Source: Eimeria praecox
Taxonomy: Eukaryota
Length of the DNA: 64,000 nt
NCBI GenBank assembly: GCA_963920595.1
Contig: OY986946.1
Span: forward strand, 6,262,001 to 6,326,000
Direction: 5' to 3'
Translations under genes and position numbers: made by a program
Shown: in pieces, positions 12,205 to 43,652 of the stretch
Layout: the number at the start of each line of letters is the position of its first letter
Numbering within the stretch: position 1 is the first letter of the stretch
The notes under the pieces: generated by a model
Told to the model about the DNA's origin: nothing
The model's input: only the letters and a program-made list of their open reading frames with translations
Database searches by the model: none

Positions 12205-12400
12205 CACCTGCCTATACACCTCAAGCTGTATGCTCACCACTACTTCATACAATGCATGCATCTCGAGCTGCCTGTACACCTGAAGCTGTAGCAGGCAGTT
12301 CCAGGTGTCTCTCTCTGTACAATTTGTAGCTGCCTATACACCTGAAACAGTATATACACCTGAAACTGGCTATACACCTCGAGCTGTCTATACACCTCGT
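12205..12400. repeat. Second cluster of the TGCCTRTACACC minisatellite family
   Basis: ctgcctatacacctcaagctgta, ctgcctgtacacctgaagctgta, ctgcctatacacctgaaac, ctatacacctcgagctgtctatacacctcg. Confidence 0.75.
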
Positions 12401-12417
12401 GGTACAGCAGTATGTTT

Positions 12418-12461
<44 letters not shown>

Positions 12462-12544
12462 AAATTTAAATTAAAAACTCTGTGGCTGTTGAAGGGTTGT
12501 TTAGATTGCTGATGCCTGCATGCGGAGACAGCAGGATACTAGGC

Positions 12545-12645
12545 CAGCTAGCTACAGCTAGCTAGCTAGCTAGCTAGCTGCAACGGCTAGCTAGCTGCTG
12601 CTACTAGTTAGGTAGCTGCTGCAGCTAGCTGCAGCTAGCTGCAGC
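12545..12645. repeat. (TAGC)n self-complementary tetranucleotide repeat, degenerate
   Basis: cagctagctagctagctagctagctg and variants. Confidence 0.85.
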
Positions 12646-13228
12646 AAGGAAGGGAGGCAGGCAGCAGCAATCCTGGGGGGGGCTGAGTACAGAGAGAGAG
12701 TTTAGATATATGTGTTGTTGTTTATGAAATATATTTATATTATAATATTTGAAATATATAAATAAAATAAATAATTCAATTATAATATTTAGAATTAATA
12801 TATTTATTGTTTTCTGCCTGCGGCAGCAGAGAGCGGCGAGGGTGTGGCTTGTGGTGTATGTAGACAGAAGAAGAAGAAGATATAGAAATAAATAAAATAA
12901 ATAAAATATATATATTATAATTGTTATTTTTATTATTATTATTATTATTTATTATAAAATAAACAAAAAAAACAAAATAAATAAACAAATAAACACAAAA
13001 TAGATATAAATATATCTCAATAAGACAGAGGAGCAGAGAGTACAACTACCTACATAACATCGTACGTGTTTGTTATATATTTATTATATTGTTTATATTT
13101 ATTATATTTATTTTATTATTTTATATATTTATAATATATATTTATTCTATTTCTACAACAATAAACAATAACATAATAATAGTAAATGCTCCTGCTGCAG
13201 CAGCCCCGTTCTGTATGCTGCTGCAGCG

Positions 13229-13298
<70 letters not shown>

Positions 13299-13615
13299 TT
13301 TGAACTAGAAGGGGAGGGATATACAGTTAATTGTATTTTATTTTATTAACTATATTAATTTATTGTATATTTATTTATTTATTTTATCTAAACACGCGCT
13401 GTCTGTCTACCATATATTCATATCAAGGGAGGAACTACAGAAGAAGGGATTGCTGCAGCAGTTTGTGTTGGTGTTTATTTGTATATTTTTGTTTTTATTA
13501 TTTATTTTATTTATTTTTATTATATTTAGAAATATACAAACAAATACAGAGCAGTCGTAGGGTCTCTGTAGACACAACCTGCTCTGAAAGAGCTGCAGCA
13601 GCAAGACAAGCACAG

Positions 13616-13665
<50 letters not shown>

Positions 13666-13827
13666 GCAGCAGCAGCAACAGCAACAGCAGCAGCACCAGC
13701 AGCAGCAACAGCAGCAGCAGCAGCAGCAAGAAGGACCAAGAGCATCTGTCTCCTATCTGCTGCAGGTGCTGCAGCAGAAGCTTGTTTGGTTTCAACGAAA
13801 TACGTGTGCTGCAGCATCCGTTTCTGC

Positions 13828-13868
<41 letters not shown>

Positions 13869-13895
13869 CTGCTTCTGCTGCTGCTGCTGCAGCAA

Positions 13896-14198
13896 ATGAA
13901 GATGGTAGAGATATTGTCTACAACATGGAGGAGCCTGAAGGAGGGTGTTGTTGATTTTCGTTCACAAGATTTGCTGCAGCGTATATTATTATTATTATTT
14001 GGTTCTTCAACATGTTTAGGTTTTATGTTTGGGTATATAACACAATCTTTTATTAATTGCTTTTATATTCTATTGACTGCTGCTGCTGCTGCTGTTGTTA
14101 TATGTGTACCTTCATGGCCGGTGTATAGACACCGTGTTATCGAGTACGCCCCACACGATCCCGAACGGATTGCTCGTCTCTATGGAGAAGACTATGTA

Positions 14199-14235
<37 letters not shown>

Positions 14236-14265
14236 GTGATGAAGGTGCAGCAGCAGCAAGTCCTG

Positions 14266-14315
<50 letters not shown>

Positions 14316-14384
14316 ACAACAAATGCTGCTGCTGTGAGCTCGGGTGCAAAGAAACAGAAAGCTACAGCAAGAAGAAAGGCATAA
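13896..14384 (+). CDS. SPCS1: Signal peptidase complex subunit 1 (SPC12/SPCS1), single exon
   Basis: VDFRSQDLLQRILLLLFGSSTCLGFMFGYITQSF...AVVICVPSWPVYRHR matches the SPC12 pattern (DFxGQ...GF..GY..Q.F...VPxWPxY) with two TM segments; poly-Ala C-terminal insert. Confidence 0.9.
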
Positions 14385-14470
14385 ACCCTAAACCCTAACA
14401 CACACAAACCCTAAACCCTAAACCCTAAACCCTAGGGTTTAGGGTTTAGGGTTTAGGGTTTAGGGTTTAG
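14382..14470. repeat. Interstitial telomere-like repeats, (AAACCCT)n joined directly to (AGGGTTT)n
   Basis: aaaccct x4 at 14406-14433, immediately followed by agggttt x5 from 14434. Confidence 0.95.
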
Positions 14471-14544
14471 CGTCTTTGACTTAATTTTTAGATATAAATT
14501 ATTTAATAAAATGTTTGTTAGGGGGAGTATCTAATTATATTTAT

Positions 14545-14548
14545 GTAT

Positions 14549-14627
<79 letters not shown>

Positions 14628-14760
14628 TTTGTGAGGCAGGGCTCTCTCTCTCTTCTTTGTGTTTCTCTTTGTTTATTTATTTTATTTTATTTATTTATTT
14701 AATTTGTTTATTTATTTAATTTATTTATTTATTTATTTATTTATTTTATTTATTTATTTG
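14545..14760. repeat. (TATT)n microsatellite arrays
   Basis: Direct reading. Confidence 0.9.
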
Positions 14761-15026
14761 TTTCTTTGATGTTATATTTTTGTTTGTGCTATGTTTGTCT
14801 GTCTGCTGTCTCGTGTCTGCTGCTGCTGCAGCTGCTGCTGGCTGCTGCTGCTGCTGCTGGCTGCTGCTGTTGCTTGCTGCTGCTGCTGTTTATTGCTGCT
14901 GCTTGCTGCTGCTGTTGCTTGCTGCTGCTGTTGTTTATTGCTGCTGCTGCTGCTGCTGCTGCTTCTGCCTCAGTGGAGGTGCAGCACGCAGCAGCCTACG
15001 GAAGCAGGCGATTCCTTCCGAGTATT

Positions 15027-15057
<31 letters not shown>

Positions 15058-15232
15058 GCAGCAGCAGCAGCAACAGCAGCAACAGCAGCAACAGCAGCAA
15101 CAGCAGCAACAGCAGCAGCAGCTTTTTGTTTCTAGAATAGAAGCAGATACGCAGGCGACATCTTAGCTAGCATTTTATAGTTGAGTCGTCACAGCAACAG
15201 CACAACCAGCAGCAGCAGCAGCAGCAGCAAGC

Positions 15233-15271
<39 letters not shown>

Positions 15272-15382
15272 GCAGCACGCGTACACCAGTGTACGTACAC
15301 TACTGCAGCCCCTTGATAGAAAACCCCCCTGCGGTGTCAGTCTACTTCTTCTTAAGTTCAGGGCGCGCGGGCCCTTACAGTC

Positions 15383-16108
15383 AGATAGCTAGATAGCTAG
15401 ATAGCTAGCTAGCCAGCCAGCTAGCCAGTCAGGTAGCTAGCTAGGTAGCTAGGTAGTCAGATAGATAGATGGATAGATAGTCAGGTAGCTAGCTAGCTAG
15501 CTAGCTAGCTAGCCGGTCCACCGGCCCCAGGCCGTAGCAGGCAGCTAACCCTGGCTAGCTGCGCATACGGCAAGCTGCGAAGAAGACGCATCTTCTTCAT
15601 GCTAGCTAGCTAGCTAGCGACACGACTGGGGGGTGGCGATAGCTACGGTCTATACGTCCGTAGCTAGCTAGCTGGGTAGCTTGCTAGCTAGCTAGCTAGG
15701 TAGGTAGGTAGGTAGCTGGCTAGCTAGCTAGCTAGCTGGCTGGTGCCGGCCCTGGTTCGTGCAGCGCACTGGCTAGCTGGCGAGGACCAGGGAGCAGGGG
15801 TGTCTGTCTATCTAGCTAGCTAGCTAGTTATCCTAGCCAGCTAGCTAGCTAGCTAGCTAGCTAGCTGCACCTGCAGCAGAGTGTTTTCTAAGTTTGAAGG
15901 CGTCTACCCCCAGTCAGACAGCATTTCCTCCATGTCTTCGCTAGCCAGCTAGCCAGCTAGCTAGCTAGCTAGCCAGCTAGCTAGTCAAGTAGCTAGCTAG
16001 CCAGCTAGCTAGTCAAGTAGCTAGGTAGCTAGCTAGTCAAGTAGCTAGCCAGCTAGCTAGCTAGCTAGTCAAGTAGCTAGCTAGCTAGCTAGCTAGCTAG
16101 CTAGCTAG

Positions 16109-16113
<5 letters not shown>
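15383..16113. repeat. Compound (TAGC)n/(TAGG)n/(TAGA)n repeat field with unique GC-rich islands
   Basis: Repeated ctagctagctag blocks, plus tagtcaagtagc higher-order units near 15980-16075; lies downstream of the giant minus-strand gene. Confidence 0.9.
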
Positions 16114-34862
<18,749 letters not shown>

Positions 34863-37128
34863 GGTGACAGCCACATAGCCGTAGTATCTGTCTGTACAGT
34901 CATAACCACACACACATCCCACCCACAGACAGGAAGCAGACCTTCAGAGGCCCTCATCTCTTGACTGTGTACCCGCATGCAAGTATAAAGGCTTTTCCTT
35001 TCTAAGATAAGACACTCAACGAACACGTAGTGGCGGCTTAGTAGCCTCGTTCTCTGCTGACCACGCTGTATTTAGCCCTGGAGATGCTGCTACCTCCTCC
35101 CAGCCTCAGTCTCTGTCTGCAGTTCTGCTCACATACCACAACAATATCAATAAGGGGAAGCATCCGGCTACCGACGCTGCACACACAACGAGAGAAACCC
35201 GACAACAGGGGCCGTCCCGCCACTAAGATAGCTGTAAAATAGGGTTTTTAGGGTTTAAAAAAATTTATGTAGGGTTTATAATATAAATAATAATGCTTTT
35301 CGTGAAGATTTCATGAAATACTCACCGCCCGTGCGGTTCGTCGCAATGGTCTGTGGCTATGAGGGATATGACTCTGTGGCGGTGAGACGGCGGAGGCTGG
35401 CAGCTGTACAACAACTCGGCCTTCAGAAAAGCGGAAATTTGTTGTATATAAAAAGAATACAGGAATACACTACTGTGGCCTGAATGGATGGGAGAAAGGG
35501 GCTGTTTGTGGGAAGACACCCGAGATAGTCGGGCCTGAGAAAGGCAATTAAGGAGAGGGTCTGCGGTGCACCCTTTGAAATGAAGGGTCTTCCTGAACTT
35601 ACGTCAGAAACCCAAAAAAAAATCAAAAAGAGGGAGATTCTCCTCCTAAACGGAGATCAAGCAAATGCGTGTTTGCGCCGCCGCCCCCAAAAGAAGAACA
35701 CAGCCACACACCGGCGTGGGGTAACCGACAGACAGGCGACATGGTGACCTGTGCAGCTTTCTCAACATAATTACGGTATTTGTTTTTCTTTATTCAAACA
35801 AATAAATAAAACTAAAAATAAACACTCAACTTCGAGACAAGCCCTCTGCTAAAAAGGCCTGGAACTGTTCGTTTCTAAACGTCACCCCAGCCAGTAAGTT
35901 TCCATGTGCTCTCTTTCACTTCTCCTTGGGGCCTTCCCGAGGATCTGCCGTCTTGTTATGTGAGTACTTAAATTTCTCTGGTTTTCAAGAAGAAAAGAAT
36001 GAGGTTTCCTCCTGTTACTTAACTTGTCGAGCGTGGCTTCCGCCTGTCACTCAGCCCGTGCGAGATGAGCAAGGGTGGAAAAATGCTTTTAAGCATGAAA
36101 AAAGTCATTCAGAGAGCAAAAGGTACTTTTATCCAACATAAGAACAAACAACAAATAGAAAAAAGATTCTGTACAGCTGCTTGATGCCCCGCCAGTCGCT
36201 TCAACGAATATGCAGATTGACCGGTAGAAATGCCTTCTTAAGCCCAAAACACTGCTGGATGTAACGTATAAATATTTCCCCTTTCTCTATGCGGGAAAAG
36301 ATTAGCGGGTTTTGAAGGAGCCATCTACGAAAGTTTCCGGATCAGAAACCTGAGCGTACACCTCAAACTGCCTCAACCGATGGGAATGGAATTCAAAGGA
36401 AAGCGAAAGGCATTTGTTTGAAAGAAGCCACGAACTTTTTGTTTATCCCTTTAAAATTACAAATCTTCATTAATTTGATATTATCCCACTGAAATGGCGA
36501 AGCCCCGAGCATCAAAGGCACCCCATTCATTTCATCGCCGATCTGCACGGCGTTTTCATGATGTGCACGCGAAACACTCGTGCACGGAAGCCAAAGCCCT
36601 GAAAACTCTTGATGAATTCCTCTACAGTAATTGAATATGAATGCAAATACAAAACCACTGTGAAGTGAACATGCGCTCTTTATTCAGATCCATGCAAGCG
36701 GAACCACAAACCAGTAACGCTGTCAGAGAAGAAACCGGTAATGCAGCATTTGTATAGTTAGTTTGGAAGCCAGAAGGCCAAATTAATTTCTTTGAGTAGC
36801 ATGGAAGACAAAAGCCCGCCCGAAATGGCATTGTCGATTCAAGTGAGCAGAAAATCGTCATCGAGGTTAACGTTTCTAAACCATGAAAACCGCGCATTCG
36901 TGCATGCAGTCCGCAAACCAGCGGGCAGCAGCTGCCTTAGGGATCTAGTGGAGGTCAAGAGCTTCCCAAAGTGTATGAACCTGTTGTAAATGCCTTTCTG
37001 TATCCCTTCTTCACTCTTTTTCTACAGCAAAGGCGGAAGAACAGCCCCCCGAAGATGCAATTAAAGGTAGGTTTCTTTGGATCTGACACCTAGCGCTTTC
37101 TTCTTGTTTAGCTGAAGTAATTATTCAC

Positions 37129-38429
37129 ATGTCTCAGCCTACAGAGAGTTCCTCTTCAGCAGGGCTTCCCCTCGCTGCAGCCTTAGAGCAGCCAAAGGCC
37201 AGCATAGGCAGACCTTCAGAGCGGGAGACAGCACAGAGGCCTTTTCTGATTTTGAGGGGCCCCCTCAAGAACAACCCTCATCCCCCTTCTCTTCCTCTGG
37301 TGGACTCTGTGCCTCTAGACATTTCCAGGATGAGGCAGAGGAGACAGCGGAATCTGAATTTGGAGTTTCTTCTCAGCCCCATATGCCTGATCCTTCTCGC
37401 GGGGTTCCCTGTGCTGCACCTTCGACAGAGACAGCGGCTGAGCTGCTGCAGCAGCAGCAGCAGTTTGCTGCTGCTGAGGCATCAGGGTCCCTCGACGACG
37501 GGGGGAACAGTCCAGCTATCTTATCGTGAGTCTGCTGCACCAAGTACAACTTAAACTTTGACTCAATATACACCGCAGACAGGAGAACAGCCAGCTTCCC
37601 TTGATGCTGCAGGAGCCCTTCTGCTCCCCCTGCTCGGGTGTCTATACAGAAGCTCTACCTCAAGAGGGTTTAATTGAGAGAGGAGGCTATGAGCCTCTAG
37701 TAAGCCCGTTTCTTACTCCCATACAAAAGCAGATGCTCTCATATTCAACTACAGGGTATTAACGCTGTTTCTCTAGAAACCCCTGAGTGTGATGAGCTGT
37801 ACGTACACCAGCCCATAGACAGCCACTTGAGGAACTCGTGGGGCCCCGCAGGCATGCGTAGAGGGGGAAGACACTGGGGAGAGACAGACGCCAGGGGGAG
37901 TGGACAGGTGTACGCTGAGGTGTCTGGAGAAGTGCAACTGAACTGTAGATGCGGAGATGCTGCTGCAGCCCCTCACTTGCTGCCTGAAGCGAACGGTTGG
38001 ACCGCTGAGGGACCAGTGGACCCTGACCAGGAGGCCGCAGCATTCCAACCCCCTTTCTTGCTGCCTCAGCAGCAACGGCGAGGAGAGTTGAAGTGGACCA
38101 ATGGTCACATGCCGGAAGCGATGCCGTCACTCGCAAGGGGACTTAATGGTGGTGTTGCAGCGCCTGATGCGCTCTCGCTGCTGAGCCGCTTGCAGGAAGA
38201 GGTGCACCAACTAAAGCTGCAGCAGCAACTGCAGCAAGAAGAGCAGAAACGGTGGCAGCGGCAACAGCAGCTGCAGCAGCAGCAGCCGGAGACAACTGCT
38301 TGGTTTCAAGGAGAATCGCCCCATCACAGGCATCAGGCCACCGCAAGGCTACGATCCACTACAGCAGCTCAACCACAAGAAAGAAGGGGGTTTATAAGGG
38401 GAAAATGCATGTGTAATTGTGTGGAGTAA
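37129..38429 (+). CDS. Possible hypothetical protein (two ORFs, exon structure unresolved)
   Basis: ORFs 37129-37554 (ATG MSQPTESS...) and 37827-38429 (protein-like composition, coiled-coil-like LLSRLQEEVHQLKLQQQ). No recognisable domain and no confident splice join. Confidence 0.35.
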
Positions 38430-39127
38430 TGTAAAACTTTAATTACTTCATGGTGTTGGAGGTATAAGCCTGCAAAGCTCGATCCCTTGCAGCGGCGGCT
38501 GCAGCAGACTCAGCCCCGGCAACCTACGATGCATATAATAGAAAATCACGGATCCGTTAGGACAATTTTATCCTTTTTTCCTGAATATTTTAAATTTTTC
38601 GTGAAACGAGAGACGTGGCTGCTGTTGCTGCCTCGCTCGGCTCGGACAGAGGGCCTGAGGACTGTGACGAATCGTACAGAACTTGTACAGAGCATGTCCG
38701 CCATTGCTGCTAGTGGCCTGCTCTCTCATGTCCGAAGGCTGTTCTTTTCCGCATAATATAACCTTTTTTGAAAATTAATTAGAAGTTTCCCCCTAACCAA
38801 ATGCGTTGACCCCATCGAAACCTCTCAGGAGCAACGTGAGGCCGTGGGGTGCGAGCATCACTCGGAGGGCTCCCCATTCACTCCATCAAAATTATTGTAT
38901 TTGTTGCAATTTGGGGGGAAAGTAAAGTATTTAGAGCTCTTCTACTATGAAGTTCAGGGGAAGAGCACAACGAGTTTCCTTTGTTGCGCCGGAGGCTCCG
39001 CCTGAGGTCCCATCGAGGTGACCCGCTGCTCGTGGGTTTCCTTGCGGTGGGTGTTTGCCTCTGTCCAGATTCTGATGTAGTTTTTCTTGGGAATTTTGAG
39101 TGGTTTTCGACATGTACAGTTGAGAAG

Positions 39128-41156
39128 ATGACGACAATGTCGGATCCAGTGGTCTCTAGAGCTGTGTTGAACCGGCTACAGGCTCCTAGCGAGCTGGCGT
39201 TCGCGCAGCGTATATTGGAGCGCGTTGCCGCTGCTGCTGAGCCGCCTGAAGTTGCAGCAGCTCTGGCCCGTGAAAACCCTCCTTCTCCAACTGTTTGCAA
39301 ACGTTCCGCAGCCCGAGAGGCATTTTTGGAGGCAGCTGCTCTGTCAAGTCCTGGGGCTCGATACGCCAGGGCAGGCGAGGAGCTCGCGCGCTCCTTGCCG
39401 ATGCGTATTAACGAAGAAGCTGCTGCTGCAGCGCGTTTGTTGCGTGATGTACGCTGTGAATTCAAACGCTTTAGCGATCTGTATTCAGACGGCCGTCTGT
39501 TGCCGTTGTCTGTCTTCGTGGCTGCCCTGCAGTTGCAGCCTACCGAGGAGCTGCAACGCCGCCATTTTCCTTTCAGCCCAGAGCTGAAATCTCTCAGAAA
39601 TGAAATGATCAAGGAGTATCTTCGTATCAAACGTGCAATCGTCCTGCAACCGAGAAACACAGCAACAGGAGATCCCTCTAATAAGGGGCCCCTTTCTGGT
39701 TCGAACGAGGGCAGCAGAAGTACAAACTCTAACAGAGTGACAGCTCTGTCCAGATACGCTTGGGAAGCCAAATTGTGCCAGGTGTCTGACTGATCACGCT
39801 ATAAAATTAGTTGTACAGACAGCATAGCAAACCCCCAAACACGTACATCTTCTTTGTTAAGAGAATCAAGCTATTGCTGCAGCAACATCGCCTGCTTCTT
39901 GTACATATGAGGCACCACTTCCTGCTCCTGTACCGTTGCTCCTCCAGCTGAGGCTACACTTTGCTCTCTTTCTACTACACTTGATACTGTTTTGTGACTG
40001 TTGTTGCTGCTGCTGCTGCTGCACCTGCAGCATCTGCCACAGTTCCTGCTGTTGCTGTTGATGATGGGGGTGTGCGGGCAGCGGAGCTCCCTAGTAGCTC
40101 GTTGGGAGGAGTTTGAGCGTCGCTGGCTGCAAGAGAGAGAAAGTCACGCGGTGGTGGCGCTGCAGCCTCTCGTGTCTGCTGTTGCTGCGGCAGAGGCGGT
40201 TCTGAAGAGCAGCAAGCAACAGCTTGTGCTGCCAGAGCCGTCGGCTACCAAGCAGCGCGTGTGTACCTACAGAGCCTTGCGGGCCTTCTGCAACAGCATT
40301 ACTTCGTTAACCCGAGAACTGATGCCCATAGAATCCAGCTGTTTCTTCCTCGAGGCCAGCACTATCGTGTTGGCTGCTGCCATAGCGGAAGCAGCAGCAC
40401 GTGCAGCAGCTGAGAGGGCTCTCGAGAGGCGGAGTCCTCAGCTATCTACCACGGGGCAGCCTGCCTCCAATCCTGTAGGTCCTTCTTCCTAGCAGCAGAG
40501 ATACGAGGTAGAACAGAACCTGATGCCGCTCTGTGGAGCAGCAGCTCGCTAAGTCTAAGTTGAATCTTCTCTCCTCATGCTGCTGCTGAGCCGACCTCTT
40601 CCCAGTCCCTCCGTCTGTCTCATCAGCAGCCTCCTCCTCTCTTTCTTTCTCTCTTTCTCTCTCTCTTTCTCCCTGTTTGTCTTCGTGCATGCCTGTTTCT
40701 ACACCGCGCGTTTGTTTGTGTGTTGGTGTGGCTGTCGCTTGATGGGTACGCCAGACCGAAGCGATGGAGTCGCTGATAGCGAATGCTCAGGCTACGAGTA
40801 GTAGCAAAGGTACTACTGCAGCAGCAGAAGATGTGTGGGCTGACCTGCACCTGGCTGGTCTGGCTGAAGAGGCCCGCGTGAATGAAGAAGATGTTGTTGT
40901 TTACTCTGTCAAGCGACAGCAACTCAGTGCAGCACGTGCGCTGCTCTCCCGTTTCTTCGAGCTGCTGCGGCAGGTGTGGGAGGCTCGCCTCTGTCTCACC
41001 CACATGGGCCCCGTGCTGCCTGTCAGCCGCCCTGCGCTCATGGAGGCCCTCTGCAGCTTCAACGGAGCCTATTCAGAATTTCAGAGGCCCCTGCCTATCT
41101 CTCTACAACCCCTAGATGAACCGGAAAGCAACTATCCCCATTCCTGCTCCCTATAG
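39128..41156 (+). CDS. Hypothetical alpha-helical protein, multi-exon
   Basis: Exon 39128-39781 (CAG|GTGTCT) joins in phase 0 to an exon from 40082 (RSSLVARWEEFERRW...). A further coding-like segment lies at ~40755-41156, but the join to it is unresolved because of a stop at 40490. Confidence 0.65.
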
Positions 41157-41210
41157 ATGATCAGGACAAAATGCAGGGATACACTGCAAACCGAAGCCCC
41201 CTGTGTACAC

Positions 41211-41260
41211 TAAACCCTAAACCCTAAACCCTAAACCCTAAACCCTAAACCCCAAACCCC
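41211..41260. repeat. Interstitial telomere-like (TAAACCC)n
   Basis: About 7 units, between two convergent hypothetical genes. Confidence 0.95.
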
Positions 41261-41800
41261 TTCCCCCCCCCTTCTGTGCCACACCCCCATAAACCCTCCC
41301 CCCATATAGCTTCCCCTCGCCCAGTATAGTATAGGACTCCTTTTTCAGCTACGTACTATCCACGGTTAAAACTGTTTAAGACAAATGCCCTCCCGGGGCG
41401 TCTTTAGACCTTAAGGCACCCCTGCCTTAGGCTGAGGCGTAATAACCCCATACATGAGGGCTACGCAGCTCCACACCTGAGGTCAGCTGCTGCACCCGGG
41501 GGTCAGCCCAGGTCCACCGAGCAGCCTAACAGCTTCTGGCAAGGACTGATGCTGCTGCCCCGAGCAGCACACGATCCCTATTCACAGGGCCTTCCTGTAC
41601 TGGGCATGCGATATGCGATGTAAGGCCAAGTTAAAATAACTCCTCCGCTACTACAAAGACGCAGCACTGCCTCGAGGCGTGTGGTGCATGCAGTCCGGTA
41701 TCAGCGAGGAACAGCCACTTAAGCTTCTGGCAGTAGTGCGGTTTAAGCCAAAGACGCGGGAAGAAAGAATGTGAACAGAGAAAACACGCATGCACATGTA

Positions 41801-41816
41801 TGCATGCATGCATGCA
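41801..41816. promoter_or_regulatory. (TGCA)4 containing overlapping TGCATGCA palindromic octamers
   Basis: TGCATGCA is a known over-represented apicomplexan non-coding motif and ApiAP2 site. Single copies also occur at 3381, 10644, 12253, 18046, 23172, 24569, 36901 and 41685. Function here is not demonstrated. Confidence 0.4.
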
Positions 41817-41871
41817 TACATTCCTCTGCTCTCGGGTGTATTTACGCCCCCCCCCATATAGCCCGTTGCTG

Positions 41872-43652
41872 TCACATCCGCCACTCCCATAGACAACCTA
41901 GAAGGGCAACACACCAGCTTGGCCCCGCCCTTGGGGCGAATTCTTGCAGCTTTGCATTCAGTTCTTCAGCCTCAAGGGTTATTTCGTCTTCCCTCACGTC
42001 TCCCAGGCCGGCGGCGTCTAACAAAGAGCGCCAATCCACGGCCTCCCCCAAGCCGGTGCTGCACTCTAAGGAAGACAAACCGACAGCTGAGGGCATCCCG
42101 GCCTCGCGCCTGCGGATACGCTCCTCCTCAGCTGCTCTTTGTTGCTTCTTTATTGCTTCCTGTGTGCTGAGACACTCGGGTAGACCCTCCTAAGCACATG
42201 CATACACACATACAAACACACATACAAACACACACACCCTGCAAAGGCCTCTCTTCCAAACACAGTGCCCTAAACAAACTCTCAGCTATTCGCACAAACC
42301 CTCCTATTCAGCTTGCTAGCCAGCTAGCTAGGTAGGTAGCTAGCTAACCCCTACTCCCTCCAGGTAGTCAATCTCACCTTGAAACGGTCAATCCTGACGC
42401 GATCTGCCACGGAGAACGCCGGCACTGAGGAGTACCTGCCAATGGCCCGCCTGGGCACCTCAACTCTTCTCGCCTCCTGTGATGCTGCTCGGGGGAAGGG
42501 GGCCCCCCCAGCCTCTGTTCGCTTAGAAGTTGTTGTCGATGTCGAGGAGCTCTTGTGGGAGCCGGAAGAATCGGCAAGGCCTTCCTGACCTTCAGAAGCA
42601 GCTGCAGCTTTCGTGCTGGCTTCCCCACAGTATTTATTTGCATTTACAGATTCTGCTGCTGCTGTGGCTGGTATGAACGCCCCCTCCTGCTGCTTCTCCT
42701 TCCCCTGGGATTTGTTGGCATTCAGATCAGGATAAGGTCTGGGGCTAGCGAGAGGCCGCTCACGAATAGCTGTGCGGGTTTCCCTTGCTGATGCCTTTTC
42801 TGCCTTGCTTTCGCTGTTTCTGCCGCTTCTTGTGGGCATAGATGTGCTGTTACAGCCTAGAGCTGTCTTTCTTGCATCGTCGTTCGGGGTTGCCCTCGGG
42901 ACTTCTGCATGGGCTCGCTGAGAGGAGGCGCGAGCGGGGGAGCCGGTCTGGCTTACTGGCGTGTCTGGCTGGGGGGCTTTGAGAATGAAGCCGAAAGATG
43001 AATAGCCGTTATTGAGGTCTGCAGAAGGTTGAGGAGGGTCGAGAGACTCTAACGCGTCCTCGAAACCCTCCGAAGAGCCTCGCCGGCTTGCCAAGAAGCT
43101 GCTCGCGCGGTGCATGAGGGCGTTCCGGCAAGAACTCGCGTCGCTCCTACTGCACGTTTCCTCATCCGACAGACCTGAGGTGGAAGCACCACATCAAATG
43201 CCGTATATATGTGCCTGCTTACGCTCTCAACAGCCCTGAAGCGGCACTCTGGGACCACCGCCCAGTCTCGGCAAAGTCCGGGAGCCCCAAAGCGACCTTC
43301 CCGTGCCAGGGAGATCAGACAGTCAACATCCTACGACGTTGTGGGCCCGGCAACACAACTTACAAAGGTGCGGCCTCTAATGCGGCGTGTACCGTGGGGT
43401 AGTGGGGAAAACAATACGAAAGGGAACGCATGAAAAGTGTGCAGGGGGGCTGCAGCTTCGAGCCAACACAAAAAGAAGCTTACCAAGACGTGTTGAACTG
43501 GAAGACGTCAAAGAAGCCTGCAAAGGCACCCCATGGGCGGTCTTGCAGCTCGGGTCGCCACCGATGTTTGTAGTGGAGAAGGTGCGCGGCCCCAAGGATG
43601 AGTCCCGCGGGCGCGAGGGCAGGTAGACGGCCGAGGCCGAGTGCTGTAACAT
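41872..43652 (-). CDS. Hypothetical protein, about 3 exons
   Basis: ATG 43652 to ~43483 (TTG|GTAAGC, phase 1); CAG acceptor ~43176 to ~42378 (AAG|GTGAGA); TAG acceptor ~42190 to 41872 (EGLPECLSTQEAIKKQQRAAEEERIRRREAG...). Phases are consistent; the ends are uncertain. Confidence 0.6.

Noticed and set aside
14382..14470. Chromosome end or telomere fusion scar
   Set aside because: Short, flanked by genes, and of opposite polarity to a fusion; interstitial AAACCCT is common in this genome type.
38878..39771. 297-aa minus-strand ORF
   Set aside because: Antisense shadow of the plus-strand exon 39128-39781, which has an ATG, a good donor and an in-phase next exon.
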